Below, piece after piece: positions 21,926 through 30,637 of a stretch of 53,424 nt of DNA. Position 1 is the stretch's first letter. Every line of letters starts with the position of its first letter. Location: contig JABSSB010000002.1 in assembly GCA_013214715.1 (NCBI GenBank), forward strand, positions 1 through 53,424, in the 5' to 3' direction. The stretch comes from Paracoccaceae bacterium (GTDB lineage: Bacteria; Pseudomonadota; Alphaproteobacteria; Rhodobacterales; Rhodobacteraceae). The translations under genes were made by a program, and so were the position numbers. Below the pieces are notes generated by a model. It ran no database searches. It was not told where the DNA came from and saw only the letters and a list, made by a program, of their open reading frames with translations.

Positions 21926-22576
21926 TCAGACATGGGTCTGCGCAAATTGCCGTTCCGGTGTGTCCAGGTGGGGCACCGCGTTGAAAAGCACAGGGCTGAG
22001 ATGCCCGCCAATCGGGAACATCCGGTGCATCGATGTGTTCATGATCGCCAGCGCCATGCGCGACATGCCCGGAATATCCAGCCCCAGCGCCTGCCGCATC
22101 ACATTGGCAATCAACCCGCCCGAGGTCACGACCAGCGCGGGGCCGTCGCCTTCGGCAATCTCGGCCAGCACATCCGACACGCGCGTTTCGAACGCCTCGA
22201 AACTTTCGGGGGCACCGTCGATCTCTCCGGCCTGCCAATGACCGAAGACCTGCGGCAGATGCGCGACGAAGCCTTCGCGTTCGACCGGGATGTCTATGCC
22301 CTTTTGATCCTGCAAGAGCGTCGCCATGGTAAAATATTGCAACTCGTTCAGGCGGGGATCCTGCACGGCATCCTCGTGCCCCATCGACCGGGCGGTTTCG
22401 ATGTGCCGACGCAGCGTGCCGCAATAGACGCGGGTATGGGTCGGGCCACAGGCGTCCAGATGCGCGCCCAGCCATCCGGCTTGCTGATGGCCAAGGTCGG
22501 ACAGGCGGTCATAGCCTTCTTCATCCCGCGCGCCGTAATTGGCCTGACCGTGCCGGATCAGCGTGATATGCGACAT
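21926..22576 (-). CDS. histidine phosphatase (phosphoglycerate mutase-like) family protein
   Basis: Last 216 aa of the 925-aa ORF 21926..24703, starting MSHITLIRHGQANYG (RHG motif). The remainder of that ORF is antisense to the formate dehydrogenase gene. Confidence 0.85.
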   Translation of the reverse strand: MSHITLIRHGQANYGARDEEGYDRLSDLGHQQAGWLGAHLDACGPTHTRVYCGTLRRHIETARSMGHEDAVQDPRLNELQYFTMATLLQDQKGIDIPVEREGFVAHLPQVFGHWQAGEIDGAPESFEAFETRVSDVLAEIAEGDGPALVVTSGGLIANVMRQALGLDIPGMSRMALAIMNTSMHRMFPIGGHLSPVLFNAVPHLDTPERQFAQTHV

Positions 22577-22744
22577 CTGATTTCCTTTCGCCTGTGGTCC
22601 GAGGTGTAGGGGAGTGTCTCTGCAAAGACCAGACTGTCGCGCATCGGAAACGCGGCTTGGCGCAAAACTGACCAACTGCGTCGGGATTGACCCTTCGGGC
22701 GGGGGTTTTGCCTGCCTATAGTCTGCGCAAGCAGGGAGGCATGC

Positions 22745-25510
22745 ATGTCTGACACGATCCGATTCTCGCTGGATGGCGAGGTGGTTGAAGCCCAGCCGGG
22801 CATGACCATCTGGGAAGTGGCCAATGGCCGCGGTCTGGTGATTCCGCATCTGTGCCACAAGCCTGCGCCCGGCTATCGCCCTGACGGCAATTGTCGCGCC
22901 TGTATGGTTGAAATCGAAGGCGAGCGTGTGCTGGCTGCGTCGTGCATACGCGAACCCTCGGAAGGCATGGTGGTCACCACCAATTCGGCCCGCGCGACCG
23001 GTGCCCGGAAGATGGTGATGGAGATGCTGGTCGCTGATCAGCCCCCGCGTGAGGAGGCCCGGGACCGCTCCAGCCATTTGTGGGAGATGGCCGAGCTGAA
23101 CGAGGTCAGCGAAAGTCGCCTGCCCAAGCTGGAACAGGAGCGTATCCCCCTTCTGGATGACAGCCATGTGGCGATGCGGGTCAATCTGGATGCTTGCATC
23201 CAATGTGGTCTTTGCGTCCGCGCCTGTCGTGAAGTGCAGGTCAATGACGTGATCGGCATGTCGGGCCGCGGCCATGACAGCTATCCGTCTTTTGATCTGT
23301 CTGACCCGATGGGCGCGTCGACCTGTGTGGCCTGTGGTGAATGTGTGCAGGCCTGCCCGACCGGCGCGCTGATGCCGGCGACGGTGCTGGACGCCAATGA
23401 ACAGGGCGACAGTGCTGATTATGATCGGGAGGTCGACAGCATCTGCCCCTTCTGTGGGGTGGGCTGTCAGGTCTCGCTGAAGATCAAGGACAACAAGGTC
23501 AAATATGTCGAAGGCATCAATGGGCCGGCGAATGAAGGGCGGCTTTGCGTCAAGGGGCGCTTTGGCTTTGACTATATCCACCACCCCCACCGCCTGACCA
23601 AACCTCTGATCCGGCGCGAGGATGCGCCTGCCAAGGGGCTGAATGTCGATCCCGGCAATGTGCTGACCCATTTCCGTGAAGCCTCGTGGGAAGAGGCGCT
23701 GGAGGCCGCGGCTGGCGGGCTGAGGGGCCGTGGGCGTGAAGTGGCCGGATTTGGCTCGGCCAAGTGCACAAATGAAGAAGCCTATCTGTTCCAGAAATTC
23801 ATCCGGCAGGGCTTTGGCCATAACAACGTGGATCACTGCACGCGTTTGTGTCACGCGTCCTCGGTTGCGGCGCTGATGGAGAACGTGGGCTCTGGCGCAG
23901 TGACGGCGACATTCAATGAGATCGAAAACGCCGATGTGGCCATCGTGATCGGCGCGAACCCGACCGAAAACCACCCCGTTGCGGCGACTTATTTCAAGCA
24001 ATTCGCCAAGCGCGGCGGCAAGCTGATCGTGATGGACCCGCGCGGTCAGGGGCTGAAACGTCATGCCTCGCATATGCTGCAATTCCGCCCTGGCGCGGAT
24101 GTGGCGATGCTGAATGCGATCATGCATGTGATTGTTGAAGAAGAGTTGTATGACCGCCAATACATCGCCGCCATGACCGAAAACTGGGAGGCGGAGAAGA
24201 TGCATCTGGCCGCCTTCGCCCCTGAAAAGATGTCCGAGATCTGCGGGATCGCGCCCGAGCTGCTGCGCGATGTGGCGCGCAGCTTTGCGCGGGCGCAGGC
24301 GGGCATGATCTTCTGGGGCATGGGCGTCAGCCAGCATATCCACGGCACGGACAATTCGCGCTGTCTGATCTCTTTGGCGCTGATGTGCGGTCATGTCGGC
24401 CGCCCCGGCACCGGCCTGCATCCGCTGCGGGGGCAGAACAATGTGCAGGGCGCGTCGGATGCTGGGCTGATCCCGATGTTCCTGCCGGATTATCAGTCTG
24501 TGATGAACGATGAGATCCGCGCGCATTTCAATGGCATCTGGGGCTCGGGTGATTTTTCGGATCAGAAGGGCCTGACCGTCACGGAAATCTTGGATGCGGT
24601 CCATGCGGGCGACATCAAGGCAATGTATGTTCTGGGTGAAAACCCGGCCATGTCCGACCCGGATGTGGATCACGCGCGCGATGCGCTGGCCGCTTTGGAC
24701 CATCTGGTGGTGCAGGACATCTTCCTGACTGAAACGGCCAATTATGCCGACGTGATCCTGCCTGCCTCGGCCTTCGCCGAGAAATCCGGCACCGTGACCA
24801 ATACCAACCGACAGGTCCAGATGGGCCGCCCCGCTGTTCCTCCCCCGGGCGAGGCGCAGGAGGATTGGTGGATCACGCAGGAACTGGCGCGGCGCTGCGG
24901 CATGGACTGGCGCTATGACAGCCCGGCAGATGTGTTTGCCGAAATGAAGCAGGGGATGAAATCGCTCGATAACATCTCATGGGACCGTCTGGCTGGAGAG
25001 AACGCGGTGACCTACCCGTCGCTGTCGCCCGAAGATCCGGGACAGGCGATTGTCTTTGCGGATGCCTTCCCGCGCGAGAATGGCCGGGCGAAGTTTACAC
25101 CGGCTGCTGTGATCCCGCCGGATGAGGCCCCGGATGGCGACTATCCGATGATCCTGACCACCGGGCGCCAGCTTGAGCATTGGCATACCGGGTCAATGAC
25201 CCGCCGATCTGCCGTGCTGGATGCGGTGGAGCCGGAGGCGAATTGCTCCCTGCATCCCAAGACGCTGCGCGCGCTGGGCGTGGAACCCGGTGGGATGCTG
25301 CGCCTGACCACGCGCAGAGGCTCGATCGAGATCATGGCACGGGCGGATCGCGCGGTGGCCGAGGATATGGTGTTCCTGCCTTTTGCCTATGTCGAAGCGG
25401 CTGCCAACCTGCTGACCAACCCGGCGGTGGACCCTTATGGCAAGATCCCGGAGTTTAAATTCTCCGCCGTGCGGGTCGAGAAAGCTGCAGGAGCGATGGC
25501 AGCGGAATAA
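22745..25510 (+). CDS. formate dehydrogenase alpha subunit (FdhA/FdsA-type, Cys variant)
   Basis: 921 aa. N-terminal 2Fe-2S ferredoxin (CRACMVEIEG), 4Fe-4S motifs (CIQCGLCVRAC, CVACGECVQACP) and a molybdopterin domain with CTRLCHASSV. The ORF is continuous, so there is no in-frame TGA/Sec. Confidence 0.92.
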   Translation: MSDTIRFSLDGEVVEAQPGMTIWEVANGRGLVIPHLCHKPAPGYRPDGNCRACMVEIEGERVLAASCIREPSEGMVVTTNSARATGARKMVMEMLVADQPPREEARDRSSHLWEMAELNEVSESRLPKLEQERIPLLDDSHVAMRVNLDACIQCGLCVRACREVQVNDVIGMSGRGHDSYPSFDLSDPMGASTCVACGECVQACPTGALMPATVLDANEQGDSADYDREVDSICPFCGVGCQVSLKIKDNKVKYVEGINGPANEGRLCVKGRFGFDYIHHPHRLTKPLIRREDAPAKGLNVDPGNVLTHFREASWEEALEAAAGGLRGRGREVAGFGSAKCTNEEAYLFQKFIRQGFGHNNVDHCTRLCHASSVAALMENVGSGAVTATFNEIENADVAIVIGANPTENHPVAATYFKQFAKRGGKLIVMDPRGQGLKRHASHMLQFRPGADVAMLNAIMHVIVEEELYDRQYIAAMTENWEAEKMHLAAFAPEKMSEICGIAPELLRDVARSFARAQAGMIFWGMGVSQHIHGTDNSRCLISLALMCGHVGRPGTGLHPLRGQNNVQGASDAGLIPMFLPDYQSVMNDEIRAHFNGIWGSGDFSDQKGLTVTEILDAVHAGDIKAMYVLGENPAMSDPDVDHARDALAALDHLVVQDIFLTETANYADVILPASAFAEKSGTVTNTNRQVQMGRPAVPPPGEAQEDWWITQELARRCGMDWRYDSPADVFAEMKQGMKSLDNISWDRLAGENAVTYPSLSPEDPGQAIVFADAFPRENGRAKFTPAAVIPPDEAPDGDYPMILTTGRQLEHWHTGSMTRRSAVLDAVEPEANCSLHPKTLRALGVEPGGMLRLTTRRGSIEIMARADRAVAEDMVFLPFAYVEAAANLLTNPAVDPYGKIPEFKFSAVRVEKAAGAMAAE

Positions 25511-25533
25511 CGCTTGCTGCGTCAGGCCGTGGC

Positions 25534-26127
25534 GTGTTTGCTGACGCCATGGCCAACGCTGTGTTCATCCAAAACCCGGAGTCGATCTACAAGGACGAGC
25601 CTGGGGTCCGCTATCATTTCCCAAAAATGTATCTCAAGCGGGTGCAGGCCTGTGTCGGCGATTGGGTGGCGTTCTATGAAGGCAAGGAAGGCGCGTTGAG
25701 ATATACATCCATCCAGCGTGTCGCCTCTGCTCATCCGGACCCGGACACGCCAGATCAGTCTTTCGCGCGCATGGTAAAACGCGCCTATAATGGGCGTTGC
25801 GCGATTTCGGGTTTCGACCTGCGCAATGGACTGGGCCGGGCCGAGGTTCGGGCGGCCCATATCCGCCCGGTTCAGCATAAGGGCCCGGATGTCGTCAGCA
25901 ACGGATTGGCGCTTTCGGCCACGTTGCATTGGATGTTTGATCGTGGGCTGATCTCGGTTGGCAAAGATCACGACATTCTCGTGTCTGACAACAAGGTGGC
26001 GCCCGATGTGCGTCGGAGGCTGATTTCACCCAGCGGCAAATTGCATCTGCCTGATAATCCGCGCGATTATCCCCATCCTGAATATCTGAGATACCATCGC
26101 GAAAACATCTTCGGAGCGGCTGCATGA
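25534..26127 (+). CDS. HNH endonuclease family protein
   Basis: 197 aa (GTG 25534, or ATG 25549). C-terminal half is HNH-type: [10 protein letters not shown]...[36 protein letters not shown]. The stop overlaps the next gene's ATG. Confidence 0.8.
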   Translation: MFADAMANAVFIQNPESIYKDEPGVRYHFPKMYLKRVQACVGDWVAFYEGKEGALRYTSIQRVASAHPDPDTPDQSFARMVKRAYNGRCAISGFDLRNGLGRAEVRAAHIRPVQHKGPDVVSNGLALSATLHWMFDRGLISVGKDHDILVSDNKVAPDVRRRLISPSGKLHLPDNPRDYPHPEYLRYHRENIFGAAA

Positions 26128-27320
26128 CCCTTCCCATCCAACCCAACCGGTTCCTGTCCGACCTTCATAGCCTGCGCCAGTTTGGCGCTGCAGGCGTGGG
26201 AAAAGGCGTGCAGCGACGGGCATTTTCGGAAGCTGATCTGGCTTCTCGCCGCTGGCTGATGGACCAGATCGAAAACGCTGGACTGACCCCGCATATGGAT
26301 GCTTGCGGCAACATCTTTGGGTTGGCCGATGGTGTCGGGCCGCTGATCGGGTCCCATACGGACAGCCAACCCGAAGGCGGGTGGCTGGATGGGGCGTTGG
26401 GGGTCATCGCGGGTTTGGAGATTGCCCGCGCCGCGAAAGAGGCGGGGCGGCCCGTATCAGTCGTCAGTTTTCAGGATGAAGAGGGGCGCTTTGGTGCGCT
26501 GACCGGGTCGTCGGTTTGGGGCGGAGCGATGTCGTTGGCAGAGGCGGACGCACTGACCGATGATTCCGGTGACAGCTTTGCCGCCGCACGAGCTGTGTTG
26601 GGCAAGACAGGCGATGACGTGGACCCTGCGCGCTTCAGCGGGTTTTTGGAAATGCATATCGAACAGGGGCCGTCGCTGGACCTGTCGGGTGAGAAGATCG
26701 GGGTGGTGACGGATATTGTTGGCATCCGCGATATGCGCATCACGATGACCGGGCAGCAGAACCATGCCGGCACCACGCCCATGGCGCTGCGTCGCGATGC
26801 GTTTCAGGCGCTGTCGGGGTTCAATGTCTTGCTGAATGACCGGCTGCGCAATGTCGTGACGCCACAGACAGTATGGACCATCGGCCATGTGACGCTGCAT
26901 CCTAATGCGTCCTCGGTTGTGCCGGGGCGGGTGACGTTTTCGATGCAATGGCGCGACGGTGACCTTGATCGACTGGCGCGGATGGAGGCGGTGATCCGGG
27001 ATGTGCTGACCACTATCGCCGCGGATTGTGACGTGACGGTTGAACCGTCAGAGGTATTGGGCATAGACCCTGTGCCGATGGACCCGGCGCTGCAAAAGGC
27101 TTTGGCCCAAGCCGCCGAGGCCGAGGTGCCAGGCAAATGGCGAAAGATGCCGTCGGGCGCCTTGCATGATGCGTCGAATGTGGCGCAGGTGCTGCCCGTG
27201 GCGATGCTGTTTGTGCCCTCGATTGGCGGGGTCAGCCATACCTTTGCCGAGGATACCGCCGAGGCGGATCTGGTCACCGGCTTGCAGGTCTTGGCACGGG
27301 CCGCGACATCGTTGCTTTGA
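26124..27320 (+). CDS. M20-family amidase (allantoate amidohydrolase / N-carbamoyl-amino-acid hydrolase type)
   Basis: 398 aa. [35 protein letters not shown] and NHAGTTPM are typical of the AmaB/AllC family. Confidence 0.88.
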   Translation: MTLPIQPNRFLSDLHSLRQFGAAGVGKGVQRRAFSEADLASRRWLMDQIENAGLTPHMDACGNIFGLADGVGPLIGSHTDSQPEGGWLDGALGVIAGLEIARAAKEAGRPVSVVSFQDEEGRFGALTGSSVWGGAMSLAEADALTDDSGDSFAAARAVLGKTGDDVDPARFSGFLEMHIEQGPSLDLSGEKIGVVTDIVGIRDMRITMTGQQNHAGTTPMALRRDAFQALSGFNVLLNDRLRNVVTPQTVWTIGHVTLHPNASSVVPGRVTFSMQWRDGDLDRLARMEAVIRDVLTTIAADCDVTVEPSEVLGIDPVPMDPALQKALAQAAEAEVPGKWRKMPSGALHDASNVAQVLPVAMLFVPSIGGVSHTFAEDTAEADLVTGLQVLARAATSLL

Positions 27321-27396
27321 CCTAACAGTTGACAGGTTGGGCGGGGGCATGGCTGGCTGTCACGTAGCAAACGGATTTGTTTTGGGAGGCTGTGCC

Positions 27397-28368
27397 ATGT
27401 TGCGGCAGTTATGTTGTGTCCTGGCGTTTGTGGTGCCATCGGGGCTTTGGGCTGATCCCTTGCCATCCTGGTCCGAAAGCCGCGCAAAGACCGAGATCGT
27501 TGTCTTTGTGGAGGCGGTGACGGACCCCTCATCGGAGATGTTCGTGCCGGTCGCGGATCGCATTGCGGTGTTCGACAATGACGGCACCCTCTGGTCCGAG
27601 CAGCCGGTTTACTTTCAACTGATTTACGCCGTCGAGATGTTGCAGGACAAAGCAGCGTCCGACCCGTCGATCCTGACCTCTGACACGCTCAAGGCTGCCG
27701 CCGCAGGCGATTGGGCGACGCTGGCGCAGGGTGGCAAGGAGGCATTGATCGAGGTTCTGGACGTGTCCCATTCTGGGATGAGTGTCGCGGAGTTTCAGGC
27801 GAACGCTTATGACTGGGTGACCACCGCCCAGCATCCGACCAGCGGGCTGACCTATGCGCAGATGACTTATCAGCCGATGCTGGAATTGCTGAGCTTCCTG
27901 CGGGATAAAGGGTTTGCCACCTATATTGTGTCAGGGGGCGGGATCGATTTCATCCGCGCCATTGCCGAGGAAGCCTATGGCATCCCGCCCGAACAGGTCA
28001 TCGGCAGCCAAGGCGCGCTGAGCTATCAGGTGGTCGATGGTGTTCCGATGGTCGTCAAGGGTGGCGGGGTGGTCTTTGTCGATGATGGCCCGGGCAAACC
28101 CGTTGGCATCATGCGCCATATCGGCAAGCGACCGATCCTTGCGGGCGGCAATTCTGACGGCGATTTGGAGATGATCGAATGGACCACATCCGGTGACGGC
28201 CCGCGTCTTGGCGTGCTGGTGCATCACACCGACGCAGACCGCGAATTCGCCTATGACCGTGAGGGGCATATCGGCGTTTTGAACCGCGGGCTGGATGAGG
28301 CGAACGACCGGGGCTGGGTGTTGGTCGATATAGCGCAGGATTGGGGCCGGGTCTGGTCCGGCCCCTGA
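27397..28368 (+). CDS. secreted HAD-superfamily hydrolase
   Basis: ORF 27166..28368 trimmed to ATG 27397 (GGGAGG upstream; the upstream part overlaps the amidase gene). Signal peptide MLRQLCCVLAFVVPSGLWA, HAD motif I VFDNDGTLW, and a later GNSDGD. Confidence 0.75.
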   Translation: MLRQLCCVLAFVVPSGLWADPLPSWSESRAKTEIVVFVEAVTDPSSEMFVPVADRIAVFDNDGTLWSEQPVYFQLIYAVEMLQDKAASDPSILTSDTLKAAAAGDWATLAQGGKEALIEVLDVSHSGMSVAEFQANAYDWVTTAQHPTSGLTYAQMTYQPMLELLSFLRDKGFATYIVSGGGIDFIRAIAEEAYGIPPEQVIGSQGALSYQVVDGVPMVVKGGGVVFVDDGPGKPVGIMRHIGKRPILAGGNSDGDLEMIEWTTSGDGPRLGVLVHHTDADREFAYDREGHIGVLNRGLDEANDRGWVLVDIAQDWGRVWSGP

Positions 28369-28373
28369 GGCCC

Positions 28374-29247
28374 CTAGCGATGCACAGGCAGCGCCTTGTC
28401 GAGCGCTTCGAACAACGTGTTCTTTTCGCCGGGTTTCATGCCGATATTGTTCTGCGGATATGGAAAGTTCTGCGCGGTGACCTCGCTGTGAAAGGCGGTC
28501 AAAGCCTGCATATGTTCCTCGCGGATCTGCTTTTGCAGTCGACCATGATTGCCAGAGGCGTGGGCGTGTTTGGGGGCTTCGCCTCTTCGCTTTCGGCGCC
28601 GCAGATTTCGGCCACGAAAGACATGATCACATCGCCAGCATTGCTTGAGCCCAGCGAAAACGTCACGATTGAGGTTTTGAGGTTCACGGCCTCCAACACC
28701 TTTTTGGCGATGCATTCGGCTTCAACGGTGACATCGCCCGCATCTTTCATGCGTTTGAGCATGTCGTAGATTATCATCGCCTCATCCGCGGTGCGGCCCC
28801 AGCCGCGCAGACCCCCGCCATAATGGCGGAAGCTCGGGATCAGTCGGATATGGCTTTGCACCGGGACGCCTTCGCGCACCAGTGTTTTGATCACGTCATA
28901 TGAGCGCAGCGTGTAATAGAGATCTCCACCTTTGCGCATATATCAAAGGCGTGGTCGATGATTTCTTGCGTCGAGGTGAATTGCGCCCAGGTTGATCCGA
29001 CACCGGCGAAATGGGTTGGGGTGATCTCACGCACCTGTTCAATCTGCTTGTCCCAGACCACCAGAAGGTCGATACCCGCCGCGATGCAGGCCTGCAGGCC
29101 TGCGGCATTCGCCGGGTTGGACACGGACAGTTTCCGGTCCGACCCTTTCAGGGCCTGCAAATCGGCCATGGTATGATTTCGCGCGGCGGGGCAGCGGGCG
29201 AAGTCATAGATGCGTTTCATCGTGGATCCTTCAGCTGATGGGATCAT
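28374..29247 (-). pseudogene. PanB-family (3-methyl-2-oxobutanoate hydroxymethyltransferase-like) gene split into three frames
   Basis: ORFs 28891..29247, 28499..28939 and the tail of 28374..28715 together read like one PanB-type protein (…DLLVVWD…, MRKGGD…, HIRLIPSFRHYGGGLRGWGRTADEA, …PKHAHASGNHG…FPYPQNNI). The frame changes fall at an ATATAT run (28938-28943) and a G5 run (28572-28576). Confidence 0.7.
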
Positions 29248-29294
29248 GGAAAGCGCAAGGCCACAGGGGCCAGCCTGCTTGTGACATCAGCATG

Positions 29295-29326
29295 AAAAAA
29301 ACGGACGGTCCTGAGGGACCGCCCGT
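29295..29326 (-). terminator. rho-independent terminator of the fasciclin gene
   Basis: Minus strand reads ACGGGCGGTCCC-TCAG-GGACCGTCCGT followed by T7, 25 nt after the stop codon. Confidence 0.7.
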
Positions 29327-29350
29327 TCGAAACCCCAAGGAGGGAGCAGA

Positions 29351-29836
29351 TCATTCCGGCAGCAGAACCTTGTCGATGACATGGATGACGCCGTTGGATG
29401 CTTCGACATTGGCGGCCACAACTTCTGCGCCGTTGACCTTGACGCCGTTCAGGCCGTTCACGGCCAGACGGTCACCTTGCACGGTCAGAACGCGCGTCCG
29501 GCGGTCCGCCAGGTCGGCAGCCATCACCTTGGCCGGGACAACGTGGAAGGTCAGGATCTCAACCAGCTTGTCCTTGTTTTCAGGCAGCAGCAGCGATTCA
29601 ACCGTGCCCTCGGGCAAGGCTGCAAAGGCTTCGTCGGTCGGCGCAAACACGGTGAAAGGGCCTTCGCCGGTCAGTGTCGGCGCCAGTCCGGCTGCGGTGG
29701 CGGCGGCCAGCAGGGTGTTGAACGAACCTGCTTCAACAGCGGTTTCAACGATGTTCTTGGTTGCGTCGGCCTGAGCCATCGGTGCGCCCATCAGGGCAAT
29801 GGCTGCGCCAGCAGCGAGCAAGGTCTTGCGGATCAT
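29351..29836 (-). CDS. fasciclin (FAS1) domain protein, secreted
   Basis: ORF 29351..29911 trimmed to [26 protein letters not shown]1 motifs: [15 protein letters not shown] and [13 protein letters not shown]. Confidence 0.9.
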   Translation of the reverse strand: MIRKTLLAAGAAIALMGAPMAQADATKNIVETAVEAGSFNTLLAAATAAGLAPTLTGEGPFTVFAPTDEAFAALPEGTVESLLLPENKDKLVEILTFHVVPAKVMAADLADRRTRVLTVQGDRLAVNGLNGVKVNGAEVVAANVEASNGVIHVIDKVLLPE

Positions 29837-29932
29837 GTGAGTCTTCCTTCTGTGAACAACATGGGTGTTACGGTGGAAGGGGATAACAAGATCAACACGA
29901 GATGTTCCCAATTGCGTGATGTTGGCGTGAAG

Positions 29933-30637
29933 TCAGCTCCAATTCACATCGCCGACAAAGATATAGCCCGCGCCATAGATGGTTTTGATCAGGCGCGGGT
30001 TTTTAGGGTCTTCGCCCAGCTTGGCCCGCAGGCGCGAGATGCGCACATCCATCGCGCGGTCAAAGCTTTCGCCCGCGCCGCCGCCCAGTTGATCCTGCAT
30101 CTGCGCCCGAGAGATCAGCCGTTTGGGGTTTTCCAGAAACAGGCGCAGCACTTCGCCTTCGGCATGGGAAAACCGTGTTTCCTGCCCTTGCGCATCAATC
30201 AGGACGTAACGGTCGAACTGCGCCTGCCAGCCGCTGAACCGGGCGGCGGTGCCGCTTTCGGCGGGGGCGTTGCGTGGGTTGCGCAGGCGGGCGCGAATGC
30301 GGGCGACAACCTCGATCGGATCAAAAGGTTTGGTGATGTAATCATCGGCCCCCAGTTCCAGACCCGTCACCCTGTCCTGCACCTGCGCCCGGCCCGAGAT
30401 GATGATGACCGCCGCACCTTTTTCCAGCGCCAGCCTATGCACCAGCGCCAGCCCGTCTGTGTCCGGTAAGGACAGATCGACCAAACAAACATCCGGTGTT
30501 GTGCGCTGCAGCGCGGTTTCGAAATCGCGAGCGCGGGCGAAGCTTTGGGTCTGAAACCCGGCTTCTTCCAGCGTGTCGGTCAGCAGGTGCCGGATTTCCG
30601 GGTCATCATCAAGGATGCTTACAAGCGGGTCACTCAT
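29933..30637 (-). CDS. OmpR/PhoB-family response regulator
   Basis: 234 aa. Receiver domain (ILDDDPEIRHLL…VDLSLPDTDG) plus winged-helix output (…IKTIYGAGYIF). 4-nt overlap with the kinase gene. Confidence 0.92.
   Translation of the reverse strand: MSDPLVSILDDDPEIRHLLTDTLEEAGFQTQSFARARDFETALQRTTPDVCLVDLSLPDTDGLALVHRLALEKGAAVIIISGRAQVQDRVTGLELGADDYITKPFDPIEVVARIRARLRNPRNAPAESGTAARFSGWQAQFDRYVLIDAQGQETRFSHAEGEVLRLFLENPKRLISRAQMQDQLGGGAGESFDRAMDVRISRLRAKLGEDPKNPRLIKTIYGAGYIFVGDVNWS

Noticed and set aside
22577-24703. Upstream 700 aa of the 925-aa minus-strand ORF 21926..24703
   Set aside because: Only the last 216 aa (from MSHITLIRHG) look like a real histidine-phosphatase protein. The rest is antisense to the formate dehydrogenase gene and low in complexity.
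22745-25510. Checked the formate dehydrogenase gene for an in-frame TGA (selenocysteine)
   Set aside because: The ORF is continuous, and the active-site region reads CTRLCHASSV with Cys. No recoding is needed.
27166-27396. N-terminal extensions of several track ORFs (for example 27166-27396, 34222-34347, 36313-36396, 39620-39703, 46586-46771)
   Set aside because: The extensions overlap the upstream gene or lack family similarity. Internal ATG/TTG codons with good Shine-Dalgarno sequences give N-termini typical of the families.
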